The translations under genes were made by a program, and so were the position numbers. A stretch of DNA of 64,000 nt from Gammaproteobacteria bacterium (GTDB lineage Bacteria; Pseudomonadota; Gammaproteobacteria; G965277405): assembly GCA_965277405.1 (NCBI GenBank), contig OZ255726.1, positions 1,856,001 through 1,920,000 of the forward strand, written 5' to 3'. The notes below the pieces were generated by a model, which saw nothing but the letters and a program-made list of their open reading frames with translations, had not been told where the DNA came from and made no database searches. Position 1 is the first letter of the stretch, and each line of letters starts with the position of its first letter. Of this stretch, positions 38,435-49,110 are shown piece by piece.

Positions 38435-39430
38435 TTATTCTCGTTGCGATAAATATTCGACAAGCGGATAAACGGCACCAGCAAGCCAACCTATGAAACT
38501 TTTTTCTTTGCGTTTTACAATAAGCGCTGCATTGATACGTGCCAATGTCTTGTTAATGAATTGCTCTTCTTTTGGGGTAGTATTAATATCCAATTGTTGG
38601 CTGAAATGCTCTGCAAACAGCCGAGCAGTCTCAGCACGAGTTATCCGTGCGGCAGTTAGATCTGCAAACGCTGTTGATTTCTCACTGACAAATTTCTTGT
38701 TTTCATACACCTCAATTTTTTTTAGATACCCAGAAGAATAATAGGTTCGTTGTGCCCCATCAAGTTTGTTGTTGGAGTAATGAAAAACATCAACAAGTCG
38801 CCCGTCGCTGTGAAAGTTGAAGGTAATTCCATTTTTTTTGCCATCAACATATTTGGAGGCTGATCGGAGTTTCCCAGAAATGAAATATTCGACACGGGCA
38901 CCGTTATGTACCCCGTTTACTGACTGGATATGGCGTTGGAGGTTGCCATTGGTGAAGTAATGAAACACGTCGCCATGCAGCACATTGTCAACGTAGCTCA
39001 TTGTCGCGCTTAATGTACCGCTTAGATAATAGAATTTTTTTTCACCCGAGAGCATGCCGTTAACATACATTGCTTTGACTTGGATCGAACCATTTGGAAA
39101 ATACGTTTGGAATGGACCATGCGGCACATTCCCCACCATTTGCATTTCTGAAAGCAACTTGCCCTCAGCATACCGCAACATAATTCGGGCATCTGGTCGA
39201 TTTGGTTTGAGTTGAGGGACTGTCTCTTTGTCGTTAAACGCATCGCGCATATCGAGCAATTGCTGTTGAAAAAAAGCTAGTGGATTATCAAAAAAATTAA
39301 GCGATGCAGCGGTGTCCATTGGCGTGGTCTGCGCAGCATCAGCTAATAATGGCAGCGGGGAGCAGTAGGCTAATGCGCATAAAGCTCGAAAAAAAAGAGT
39401 ACGGTGTAACGCGTTGAATGTGATGGTCAT
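38435..39430 (-). CDS. MORN-variant repeat exported protein (YwqK-like)
   Basis: repeated Y..NG.L.....Y.NG.L.G....Y motifs after a signal-like N-terminus. Confidence 0.75.
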   Translation of the reverse strand: MTITFNALHRTLFFRALCALAYCSPLPLLADAAQTTPMDTAASLNFFDNPLAFFQQQLLDMRDAFNDKETVPQLKPNRPDARIMLRYAEGKLLSEMQMVGNVPHGPFQTYFPNGSIQVKAMYVNGMLSGEKKFYYLSGTLSATMSYVDNVLHGDVFHYFTNGNLQRHIQSVNGVHNGARVEYFISGKLRSASKYVDGKKNGITFNFHSDGRLVDVFHYSNNKLDGAQRTYYSSGYLKKIEVYENKKFVSEKSTAFADLTAARITRAETARLFAEHFSQQLDINTTPKEEQFINKTLARINAALIVKRKEKSFIGWLAGAVYPLVEYLSQRE

Positions 39431-40665
39431 TGGCTTTGCGAGCTAATATATTGCAGCCAAAAAGTTGCTATCCATGCAATTATATCGCGCCCAAGTGCTG
39501 CTTTTTTCTTTGGCCCGAAGGTTTGTTGTGGTTGTGCGTGGTGTATTGTAGCGCGGGTATAGGCAGTTACAGTATGTTCTACGTCACCAAAACCGCAGTT
39601 TTTGCCAACCATATTTGCAAAGATAATATCAAGTTTTTTGTGTGCGAGTTTCTCTTTAGCGTGTTGCTCTACCTGTTCTGTCTCAGCTGCGAATCCAATG
39701 AATAGCTGTTGTTTGCTGTTACGCAGACTTGCACTTAGGGCAATATCGGCGGTTTTCACTAGCTGCAGGGTTATTGTGTCAGCGTCTTTTTTTATTTTTT
39801 GCTGTAGTTCTTTTGCTGGTTTATAGTTTGCAACCGCAGCACAAAAAATCATAATATCCTGTTGCGGCTGCGCTCGTTGGACAGCCGCATTCATTGCTGC
39901 AGCACTGGTAACATCATACCATTGCGTAAGGCTAGTTGGTTTGCTGATATGGACAGGACCAGAAATCAATGTCACCGCAGCGCCGGCATCAATTGCAGCC
40001 TGGGCAAGGCTATAGCCCATAAGTCCAGTGCTGGTATTGCTGATGTATCGAACTGGGTCAAGCGCCTCATGGGTTGGTCCTGCGGTAATGAGTATCCGCA
40101 CTCCAGCGAGCACTGGCGGTGCAGCAAATTGTTGCAAGCGTTTGATGATTGCCATTGGTTCACACATTCTGCCTGCGCCGAGCTCTCCACAGGCGAGCGT
40201 GCCGTCTTCACCAAACCAAACATGCACGCCGCGTTGGCTGAGGATTGCTATGTTTGCTTGGGTGGCAGGGTGGTTCAGCATCGCGGTGTTCATCGCTGGG
40301 GCGATAATAATGGGAGCACGAGTAACCAATGCTAACGTGCTAATCAGCGTAGCGGACTTACCAATGGCTAGATCGGCAATGGTGTCTGCACTGGCAGGAG
40401 CAATGAGGAGGATATCAGCCCATCGCGCCAGGCTGATATGGTCCATCGCAGCTGCGCTTTGCGCAGCAAACATATCTGTGTGCACAGGGTTTTCAGACAA
40501 TGCTTGCAATGTTAGTGGGGTAACAAATTCCTGTGCAGCAGCGCTGAGACAGACCCGCACGTTGGCTGTTGCTTTGCGTAATTCACGGACGAGTTCACAG
40601 GTTTTGTATGCGGCAATACTCCCAGTAATAGCAACAATAATGTTTTGCTTATTTAGAGTTGGCAT
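39427..40665 (-). CDS. coaBC: phosphopantothenoylcysteine decarboxylase/ligase
   Basis: TGSIAAYK, HI.L, APASA, APAMN, LACGE.G.GRM, ITAGPT.E.LDPVRYISN.STG.MG, GFAAET. Confidence 0.96.
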   Translation of the reverse strand: MPTLNKQNIIVAITGSIAAYKTCELVRELRKATANVRVCLSAAAQEFVTPLTLQALSENPVHTDMFAAQSAAAMDHISLARWADILLIAPASADTIADLAIGKSATLISTLALVTRAPIIIAPAMNTAMLNHPATQANIAILSQRGVHVWFGEDGTLACGELGAGRMCEPMAIIKRLQQFAAPPVLAGVRILITAGPTHEALDPVRYISNTSTGLMGYSLAQAAIDAGAAVTLISGPVHISKPTSLTQWYDVTSAAAMNAAVQRAQPQQDIMIFCAAVANYKPAKELQQKIKKDADTITLQLVKTADIALSASLRNSKQQLFIGFAAETEQVEQHAKEKLAHKKLDIIFANMVGKNCGFGDVEHTVTAYTRATIHHAQPQQTFGPKKKAALGRDIIAWIATFWLQYISSQSQ

Positions 40666-42514
40666 GGCTGCGCTCACGGTGTTGACAATGGAGCAATAGC
40701 AGTTGTAACGCCGCTGGAGTAATGCCTACAATCCGCCCTGCCATGCCGAGGGTTTCTGGACGGTGTGCTGCAAGTTTTTGTTGTAATTCAATAGAAAGTC
40801 CAGCCACACTTGCATAGTCAATATCAGCAGGAAGCTGTTGCTGTTCACGCGCATTGAGCTTGTCGATTTGCTGTTGTTGCCGGACAATGTAGCCTGCATA
40901 GCGTATTTCAGCGCAGACATGCTGGGCAACATCGCTGCGAGCAGGCGCTATTTTGGCAGCCGCGAGCAAAACGTGATATTTGACTTCTGGGCGTTTTAAC
41001 AATGTCTCTAAATTCGTAGCTTGCTGTATAGCTGCGATACCCGCTACGGTTGCTTGCTTTACTGATAACTGTGTTTGGCGTAGCCGTTGCTGTTCTTGTT
41101 GGATGCAGCGTTTTTTTTCTGCAAACTGTTTGATGCGTGCTACGGAAACAACACCAAGGTTATGACCAAGTGCACTCAGGCGGATGTCCGCATTGTCCTC
41201 GCGCAGCAGCAAACGGTATTCGGCACGAGATGTAAACATCCGATATGGCTCGTTGGTGCCACGGGTGATTAAGTCATCAACCAAGACCCCAAGATAGCTG
41301 GTATGTCGCTCGGCAATCCACGGGTCGCGGTGTAAACAATATCGTGCAGCGTTGATGCCAGCGTACAGTCCTTGGGATGCTGCTTCTTCGTATCCAGTGG
41401 TCCCATTGATCTGTCCAGCCAAATATAACCCTTTGAGGTGTTGCGAAGCAAGGGTACGGTCGAGTTGGCGCGGGTCATAAAAGTCATATTCAATCGCGTA
41501 TCCTGGTCGGGTAATCTTGGCTTGCTCAAGCCCTGGAATTGAGTTGACGTATTGTTGCTGCACTGCAAACGGCAACGATGTTGATAACCCGTTCGGGTAT
41601 ACCTCATCGTTATCAATTCCTTCAGGCTCAAGAAACACTTGGTGGCTGGGTTTATCGCTAAAGCGTTGAATTTTATCTTCAATTGACGGGCAATATCGCG
41701 GTCCGACGCCAGTAATATTACCACTGAATAATGCAGATTGATGTAAATTGTCCGCAATAATGGCGTGGGTTCGCGCTGTGGTATGGGTAATGTGGCAAAG
41801 CAGTTGTTGTGGTTGCGGTTTTGTTGGTTTGAGATACGACATTGTTGGCGTGGGGGTATCCCCAGGCTGTGCTGCTAGGGTGTTGTAATCGATAGTAGAA
41901 CGGCGTAACCGCGGTGGAGTTCCGGTTTTTAAACGGTTTGTGGTGATTCCGAGTGCTTGCATTTGCACTGCTAATTCATTGCTTGGTGGCTCCCCAGCGC
42001 GCCCGCCGCGTAGTTGTGTTGAGCCAATGCAGATGCTGCCGTGCAAAAATGTGCCCGCAGTCAGCACTACAGCAGCGCAACTCAATTCAATACCAATACT
42101 GGTGCGGATGCCTGTTATATTTCCACTCTTAATGTTGAAGCTGGCAACACTGTCTTGAAACACATCAAGATTATCTTGCCCCATTACCATCGCCAGCACT
42201 GCTGCTTTATACAGTTGTCTATCGCATTGTGCGCGAGTAGCTTGCACAGCAGGGCCTTTGCTGGCGTTGAGGACGCGTACATGAATTGCGGCGGCGTCGC
42301 AGGCACGCGCCATGGCGCCGTCGAGGGCGTCAACTTCTCTGACGAGATGGCTTTTACCGATGCCGCCAATCGACGGGTTGCAGGACATTTGCCCAATTGT
42401 TTCAATGTTTTGAGTAATCAGCAATGTTGATACGCCAATACGCGCGCTGGCAAGCGCGGCTTCAGTGCCTGCATGCCCGCCGCCAATGACTATAACTTGA
42501 TATTGTGGTGACAT
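40649..42514 (-). CDS. mnmG: tRNA uridine-5-carboxymethylaminomethyl modification enzyme
   Basis: GGGHAG.EAA, MSCNPSIGGIGK, RLKTGTPPR, GPRYCPSIEDK, AGQINGTTGYEEAA, EPYRMFTSRAEYRL. Confidence 0.97.
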   Translation of the reverse strand: MSPQYQVIVIGGGHAGTEAALASARIGVSTLLITQNIETIGQMSCNPSIGGIGKSHLVREVDALDGAMARACDAAAIHVRVLNASKGPAVQATRAQCDRQLYKAAVLAMVMGQDNLDVFQDSVASFNIKSGNITGIRTSIGIELSCAAVVLTAGTFLHGSICIGSTQLRGGRAGEPPSNELAVQMQALGITTNRLKTGTPPRLRRSTIDYNTLAAQPGDTPTPTMSYLKPTKPQPQQLLCHITHTTARTHAIIADNLHQSALFSGNITGVGPRYCPSIEDKIQRFSDKPSHQVFLEPEGIDNDEVYPNGLSTSLPFAVQQQYVNSIPGLEQAKITRPGYAIEYDFYDPRQLDRTLASQHLKGLYLAGQINGTTGYEEAASQGLYAGINAARYCLHRDPWIAERHTSYLGVLVDDLITRGTNEPYRMFTSRAEYRLLLREDNADIRLSALGHNLGVVSVARIKQFAEKKRCIQQEQQRLRQTQLSVKQATVAGIAAIQQATNLETLLKRPEVKYHVLLAAAKIAPARSDVAQHVCAEIRYAGYIVRQQQQIDKLNAREQQQLPADIDYASVAGLSIELQQKLAAHRPETLGMAGRIVGITPAALQLLLLHCQHRERSHANSK

Positions 42515-42517
42515 CGG

Positions 42518-43275
<758 letters not shown>

Positions 43276-43392
43276 GAGTCCCTTACAGATACTAGGGACA
43301 TTGTAATCGCTAGCGCGACACACTATGATTATACAACGAAACGCATGGCGTGATAGACTTCATTTGCTGTTGTATCGATAGCGACTGTGTTA

Positions 43393-45432
43393 CTACTTAG
43401 CTGGGCTGATGATGCCTTTTACTCTGGCATTGAGCTGCCAGCGTAACAGTTCAATAAAAGCTTGTTGTCGAGTTTGCTGCACTTTGTCAGCAGTGCTTGC
43501 AGCACTGCTGACAAGCAGGCTCGTGCTATTTTCCCAAGGATAAAATACAGGATTACCACTTAGAGGATAGGCTCCTTTTTTATCAATCCAAAGTGAGGTG
43601 TTGTAACCAAAGTCCCGTCGTTTATCGTCCGTAACAGCAAGCATATTACGACCAGCTAATGCCTGATATTCTGTGTTTGATAGGCTATAGCAATATAAGG
43701 TTGGAAAAATGTCTTTATGAGATCCTACCCTATTTTTATCAAACTTCCATGCACTGTGCTTCAGTATTTCTTTAGGAACATACAAATAGAATGGAACAGC
43801 ATGGTCTAACATTTGCTCTTTAGGGTAGAATGCATTTAAACGACGCATTTTGTGGTCTTCACTCGCTGCGACCAGTGTTTTTTCACCCACTGGTAAGTTT
43901 TTGATGTTAGCCATAAATTGCCCAAAAGCATCAGCTGCAAACTGATAGGTTTCGAGAATATTTTTTTGCGCTATATCACCATCGACTTCGTGTTTTGCAA
44001 GCGCTGCAGTTATAGTAACAGGTGCTGCCTCGTACCGTGCTGGCGTGACGTAGGGCGGATGATTTGTAATAGTCAAAATACTGATAAAAAGAGGTTCTTT
44101 TGTTTCTTTTAATAAGGTTTCGGCAAGACGGTAAGCGTAATCATCTGGCACTCCCCAGTCAGTTAATTCTGCAGCAGACTCTGGGTATAGATCTATGAGT
44201 GTATTTTGATCATACACGCTATCTACCCCTTGTACATGCAGGTAGTTAACTAAATTACGCCACATCATGTTACCTGACGAAATAAATACTATTTTGTAAC
44301 CAGCTTGTTTATAGACCGCAAATGGGGTGCCGCTAAGTTTTATTTTTTGTGCTGAACTGTGACTGATGTTTGGGACAGGACTATGGAAAAACATTGCCGC
44401 CAGTGAAGGTGCTGTGGCATTGCCCTCTGAAACAAAGCGTTTAGCCGCCAGTGAAGGTGCTGTGGCATTGCCCTCTGAAACAAAGCGTTTAAAAACAAAA
44501 TCTTCTTTAAAGTGTGGTCGAAGACTGCCTAATAAATCATTTTTGCCTGGTTGATCAAAAGTTAGCATGTTATTACCAAAGCTTTCCATTAATACCATGA
44601 CGACATTGGGTTGATGTTTTGCAAGCCATGGGTTTACTGTGGTACGCGACTTCAGGCTATTTAAGCCAGAGTTCGCTATCAATGAGTCGCCTTTCTCTTG
44701 CGTCACTGCCTGAAACGCAGTGTCTGCATTATGGTCTTTGATAGCCCAGTTTATCGCCATTAAGCCATTGGGTGTCAGTTTATTCAGCACAATTAAGTTA
44801 GAAATTTGGGAGTTACTTCGTCGTAACGGAAAAGTACTTACACTCCCACGCGCTGCGATAGATACAACAGTCAAGACAATCAGTACATAGATAATAAAAA
44901 CGCCGACTCGCCACGGCTTGAGCGGCTTATCTTGTAAGCTGGTTTTAGCCAATCGAGCAGGTATCGCAGCGCATAATATAGCAAGAGCAAGACCACGAAT
45001 CACCGGATAATCTTGCCACATATTAGCAAGCACATTGGTCGTATCTTCGGCTAAGCCAAAGGCAAAAACATCAATATGATTGTGATAGGTTTGGTAGTAG
45101 TAAAAGTTACTAATGGCAACCACAGCTACAAAGAATGCGATAACACCAAACAAGCTTGGGGTAAAACGCACTAATAGCTGCCAAGTAGGTCGACTGATAG
45201 CAAATAGTAAACCAACTACAGCAAATGGAATGAGGAGCATGCCTGCAATGCGTAAATCATAGCGTAGCCCAGTCAACCACATACGAGTAACATCGGCGCT
45301 GTTACTGGTTAATTGGGCTGGTTCTGTAAAGTTAACCAACATAAAATAACGCGCAATCATCAAGATGGAAACCAACCAAACCAATTGGTAACTCAAGGTT
45401 GTTATAAAAGTGCGTATTCTTATTTGATACAT
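43393..45432 (-). CDS. LTA synthase/sulfatase-family membrane transferase (paralog 2) with a 16-aa internal duplication
   Basis: TM N-terminus, NVVMVLMESFG, WGV.D, TNHPPY, DH, GSHKD.FPT. Confidence 0.85.
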   Translation of the reverse strand: MYQIRIRTFITTLSYQLVWLVSILMIARYFMLVNFTEPAQLTSNSADVTRMWLTGLRYDLRIAGMLLIPFAVVGLLFAISRPTWQLLVRFTPSLFGVIAFFVAVVAISNFYYYQTYHNHIDVFAFGLAEDTTNVLANMWQDYPVIRGLALAILCAAIPARLAKTSLQDKPLKPWRVGVFIIYVLIVLTVVSIAARGSVSTFPLRRSNSQISNLIVLNKLTPNGLMAINWAIKDHNADTAFQAVTQEKGDSLIANSGLNSLKSRTTVNPWLAKHQPNVVMVLMESFGNNMLTFDQPGKNDLLGSLRPHFKEDFVFKRFVSEGNATAPSLAAKRFVSEGNATAPSLAAMFFHSPVPNISHSSAQKIKLSGTPFAVYKQAGYKIVFISSGNMMWRNLVNYLHVQGVDSVYDQNTLIDLYPESAAELTDWGVPDDYAYRLAETLLKETKEPLFISILTITNHPPYVTPARYEAAPVTITAALAKHEVDGDIAQKNILETYQFAADAFGQFMANIKNLPVGEKTLVAASEDHKMRRLNAFYPKEQMLDHAVPFYLYVPKEILKHSAWKFDKNRVGSHKDIFPTLYCYSLSNTEYQALAGRNMLAVTDDKRRDFGYNTSLWIDKKGAYPLSGNPVFYPWENSTSLLVSSAASTADKVQQTRQQAFIELLRWQLNARVKGIISPAK
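44396..44491. repeat. perfect 48-bp tandem duplication
   Basis: GCCGCCAGTGAAGGTGCTGTGGCATTGCCCTCTGAAACAAAGCGTTTA x2. Confidence 0.97.
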
Positions 45433-45489
45433 TAATTACAGCTCCATATACAGCTAATGATGCAAATATCTAAAACCAGTATATTAAAC

Positions 45490-45790
45490 ATACTCTTTAG
45501 TAAGTAGGAAACAGAAAATCTGGTTTAATAATTAGAAAATCATCAGTTAGAATATTTTTAAATTCATCGTTACGCCAATTTTTATTTTATAAAAAAGTCA
45601 ATTGCATTTTGTCTAAAATCATCAAAATTGCGATACATTTTATTGTATAAAAATTTTTCATTAGAATTTCCCAAGTCGTTGAATAATATTAAGATTTATT
45701 AAATAAATAGATAGAATTTCAAGAAGGTTATTGTATGTGTTTTTAGAAAATATTTGATAACTTTTGCACGATAAGACCGAGATTTATCTA
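45490..45790 (-). pseudogene. IS630-family transposase 3' remnant (copy 2, frameshifted)
   Basis: direct repeat of 43010-43275 (shares AAAAAGTCAATTG..TTTTGTCTAAAATCATCAAAATTGCGATA); includes a degenerate D...Y.AK motif. Confidence 0.7.
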
Positions 45791-45920
45791 AGTGTTCTTA
45801 AAATATAGGTACTTAAAAGTAAAAGCAAGGAAAGATCATCAAGCAGCGAAACAAGGGGAGGGTTGTGGCGTTGATCGTGAGGGGATTTGATTTACTGCAA
45901 AAAGTCATACACTTTGTGTT

Positions 45921-46226
45921 ATGGTGCTAATTTCTAATTTTAACACTTTTGTGCTATGCCATTATCAACACTTAAAGAAAAAAGGACAAATCACGCTTCC
46001 TTCTTCCATTCGCAGAGAGATACATGCGGAAAAGGGAGATATATTTGATTTTCGAGCACAAGAAGACCAGGTGATTATGACCCGTCAAAGAGTTGTTCCC
46101 GCCAATACAACACCGGCACAAACAAGAAAAGACCTTTCCAAATGGATAGGGGCAAAACCTAGTGTATTTAACACCGCGGATGAGGTTGATCAATTTATCC
46201 GTAATCAGCGTGATTTATGGAGTTAA
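45921..46226 (+). CDS. AbrB/MazE-domain antitoxin (VapB-like), possibly frameshifted
   Basis: KGQITLP.SIR.....KGD AbrB motif; C-terminal EVDQFIR..RD.W; overlaps PIN toxin start. Confidence 0.78.
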   Translation: MVLISNFNTFVLCHYQHLKKKGQITLPSSIRREIHAEKGDIFDFRAQEDQVIMTRQRVVPANTTPAQTRKDLSKWIGAKPSVFNTADEVDQFIRNQRDLWS

Positions 46227-46657
46227 AGGACAAACTGAAAGGAAGACAGGTTTATATTGATACAAATATAATTATTTATTTGGTAGAGGGTTTTTCATCT
46301 TATCAGCGGCTTGTTAACGACATCCAAGAACTGTTAGAAATAGAGGAGTTAATTGCATTTACCAGCGAACTTAGCCTGTGCGAGATCCTGATAAAACCTT
46401 TCAAAATGAATGCAACTGCAGGAGTAAGTTTGTTTCGCACCTTCTTGGAAGAAAGTAATTGCTTGGTATTGCTTCCCATAGATAAAGAAATTCTTGTTCA
46501 GTCTGCTTATATCTCAGCGGCTACAGGTTTAAAAACGCCAGATGCTATCCATGTAGCAACAGCAATAGCGAGTGACTGCGAAGTATTCTTCACGAATGAC
46601 AACAATATACGAACACCAAAGAGGTTGGAGAAAGTTTTGTTTTCAGATTACCTATGA
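46217..46657 (+). CDS. PIN-domain toxin (VapC-like)
   Basis: VYIDTNIIIY, SELSL.E, LKTPDAIHVATA, F.TND. Confidence 0.9.
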   Translation: MELKDKLKGRQVYIDTNIIIYLVEGFSSYQRLVNDIQELLEIEELIAFTSELSLCEILIKPFKMNATAGVSLFRTFLEESNCLVLLPIDKEILVQSAYISAATGLKTPDAIHVATAIASDCEVFFTNDNNIRTPKRLEKVLFSDYL

Positions 46658-46989
46658 AATGAATTTTCATTCTCACGGCTTCCACACTCAATTAAGACAC
46701 CAGCCAACCGCAGGCGACGCCGACGATTAGTATAAAAAATGTGAGCATAGTTAGCGCTCGCTAGTTGCGCAGCATCCAGCTTTTCCCATTCGCTTCACTC
46801 CTTATGTTTAGTAACTAATACAGTACCAGCTTCTTAGTTAGCTGATGTCTGAACAACCTCCGTAGCATTTACACCCGTGCTTTTCACGGCAACAGATTTA
46901 TGAACCAGCATTCTGCAAGTAATTGGCTGATTTCAGTTCGATCAGCTGCATCTGTGCTATTTTGCAGCACGGCTAGTGAAACTTTGTTT

Positions 46990-47129
46990 AATATACTGTT
47001 CAATATATAACGGTTTGCGGTACTTGCAGTGTTGCATCCTTAGGCGTATAGCTGGGCATGCGTCAGCGGATTGCAATTATCAGCAATTGCACGCAAACTC
47101 GCTCACTCAGCGGCTTATGCAAAGGTTCC
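46990..47129 (-). mobile_element. MITE left half (diverged)
   Basis: reverse complement TTAA|GGAACCTTTGCATAAGCCGCTGAGTGAGCGAGTTTGCGTGCAATTGCTGATAATTGCAA...GGATGCAACACTGCAAG. Confidence 0.75.
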
Positions 47130-47173
47130 TTAAAGCCATTTAGCGCCTAAATTACCATTGAGGAGTAGCCAAG

Positions 47174-48691
47174 ATGCACATCAACCGCCGCAATTCTCTG
47201 CTTGGAACAGCCGCTGCTGGCGTGGCGTTGGCTGGAACGAGGCTTGTTCAGGCTGCCGTCCGTCCGCTGCCGCTGCTGCCGTTAACGGATCTTACTGGCG
47301 GTATCGACCGCCGAATTGCACTGGCGCTGACTGCTGCGGTGCATGACTTCGGCAATGGTGGCGCGAGTGCAACCTATGGAATCAACAACGACTATTTGGG
47401 ACCTGTATTGCGGGTGAAGCAAGGGCAGACGCTGCCTTTTGATGTAACCAATGGCACCGAAGACATCAGCACGCTGCACTGGCATGGTCTGCACATCCCA
47501 GGTGGCGTGGACGGTGGTCCGCATCAGCAAATCCTGCCAGGCGACACATGGTCGCCGGATGTAGCGATTGTCCAGCATGCGTCGATGAATTGGTTCCACG
47601 CCCACACGCATGGTAAAACTGCCGAGCAGACCTACAAGGGTCTGGCGGGTGTTATGCTGATTGAAGATGACGCTAGCCTAGCCGCAGATCTGCCTCATAG
47701 CTACGGCGTTGATGATTTCACACTGGTTTTGCAGGACAAGATGTTCAACAGCGCGGGTGAAATGAGCTATGAACTGACAGGCGAGGTGTTTGAGCAAGGT
47801 TTTCATGGCAACACATTGGTGGTTAACGGCGCAATTGCCCCAGTGACGCAGACCGTTCCAACCGGCCTGGTGCGCCTGCGCCTCCTTAATGCTTGCAATG
47901 CAAGATTTTTGACCTTGTCGATGTCCACCGGTCCGGTGACCGTGATTGCATCTGATGGCGGCTTCCTTGGCTTGGCTGTGGAGACTGAAACGCTCTTCAT
48001 GTCACCAGGAGAGCGTTATGAAATTTTGATCGACATGAATACACTCGAAAGCAACAGCCTGATGGTTGCGCCCTTCGATGATGACGAAGGGCTGTCCGGA
48101 TTCCTTGAAGACTTATTTGGCAGCATGGGCACCGAAATGGTGGCTCTCACGCTAACGCGCAGTGGCGATCAAGGCTTTACAGGTTCGATGCCAAACTTGC
48201 TTGCCAATCTCTCGGTCCCCAAGCGCGCTGAAGCGTCTGTCCTCCGCTCCTTCTCACTGAATATGGGAGGCGGCGATGGCAATGGCGACGGGAATACGAA
48301 TGGGAATGTCGAAGACTTCGCGGCGTTGGCACGTGCTTGGGGCAATTTCTGCGGTGACGGGGTGATGGGGATTAACGGGCTGCCCATGAACTTGGACCGT
48401 ATCGATGAACACGTTCGCAAGGGAGACACAGAAATCTGGCGGATCAGCGGTGGTGAGACCCTGCACCCATTTCATGTCCACGGCTGTTCGTTTCGGATCC
48501 TCAGCCAGCAAAACGGCACACCGCCGGCGTATGCACAAGGCTGGAAAGACATGGTCCATGTTGAAAATGGATGGTCCGAGGTGCTTGTCAAATTCAAACA
48601 TAAGGCAACTGACAGCGCACCGTACATGTATCACTGTCATATTCTGGAACATGAGGACTGCGGAATGATGGGGCAATTCACGGTAACATAG
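47174..48691 (+). CDS. Tat-exported multicopper oxidase (CueO-like)
   Basis: NRRNSL twin-Arg signal; HWHG, WFHAH, HPFHVH, HCHILEHED.GMM copper motifs. Confidence 0.93.
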   Translation: MHINRRNSLLGTAAAGVALAGTRLVQAAVRPLPLLPLTDLTGGIDRRIALALTAAVHDFGNGGASATYGINNDYLGPVLRVKQGQTLPFDVTNGTEDISTLHWHGLHIPGGVDGGPHQQILPGDTWSPDVAIVQHASMNWFHAHTHGKTAEQTYKGLAGVMLIEDDASLAADLPHSYGVDDFTLVLQDKMFNSAGEMSYELTGEVFEQGFHGNTLVVNGAIAPVTQTVPTGLVRLRLLNACNARFLTLSMSTGPVTVIASDGGFLGLAVETETLFMSPGERYEILIDMNTLESNSLMVAPFDDDEGLSGFLEDLFGSMGTEMVALTLTRSGDQGFTGSMPNLLANLSVPKRAEASVLRSFSLNMGGGDGNGDGNTNGNVEDFAALARAWGNFCGDGVMGINGLPMNLDRIDEHVRKGDTEIWRISGGETLHPFHVHGCSFRILSQQNGTPPAYAQGWKDMVHVENGWSEVLVKFKHKATDSAPYMYHCHILEHEDCGMMGQFTVT

Positions 48692-48727
48692 CGAATTGGG
48701 GCTTGCGTAGGGTGTTGTTAGCGCCGT

Positions 48728-49026
48728 GGAACCTCTGATTAAGTCGCTGATGGAGTGAGTTTGATGGCAATTGCTGATGATTGCAAGGCGCAAACCGCTA
48801 AGCGCATGCCAAGCTTATACGCCAAGGGATGCAACACAGCAAGGTCAGCAATTGCCGCAAAGCATAAGTATATTCAACAGATGGACGGGAAAAAACACTG
48901 CGCTACTACAGCTAACGTCGTTGCAGCACTTGGCAACACCCACAAGAGTATTATCTGCGCACTGCGTTTAAGTTTCATCGAGCGTTTTTGTCCGTCTCGC
49001 CCATCGTGGACTTAAGCAGAGATTCC
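48728..49026 (+). mobile_element. MITE copy 2 (299 bp)
   Basis: GGAACCTCTGATTAAGTC ... GACTTAAGCAGAGATTCC|TTAG. Confidence 0.88.
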
Positions 49027-49110
49027 TTAGAAGTCATTGACCAGCTGCGGTATTTAAATACAGAGATTACAGCGTGGTTGTCCATGACGACTCACGTTTC
49101 ATTCCAAATA

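Noticed and set aside
46760-46890. Possible Phd/YefM antitoxin remnant (VNATE...VLVTKH on the minus strand)
   Set aside because: Interrupted by stops and the similarity is too weak to support without a search
48680-48727. Integron attC-like site after the multicopper oxidase (also GTTGGG near 4295)
   Set aside because: No proper RYYYAAC/GTTRRRY pair with internal L boxes, and no integrase in the window
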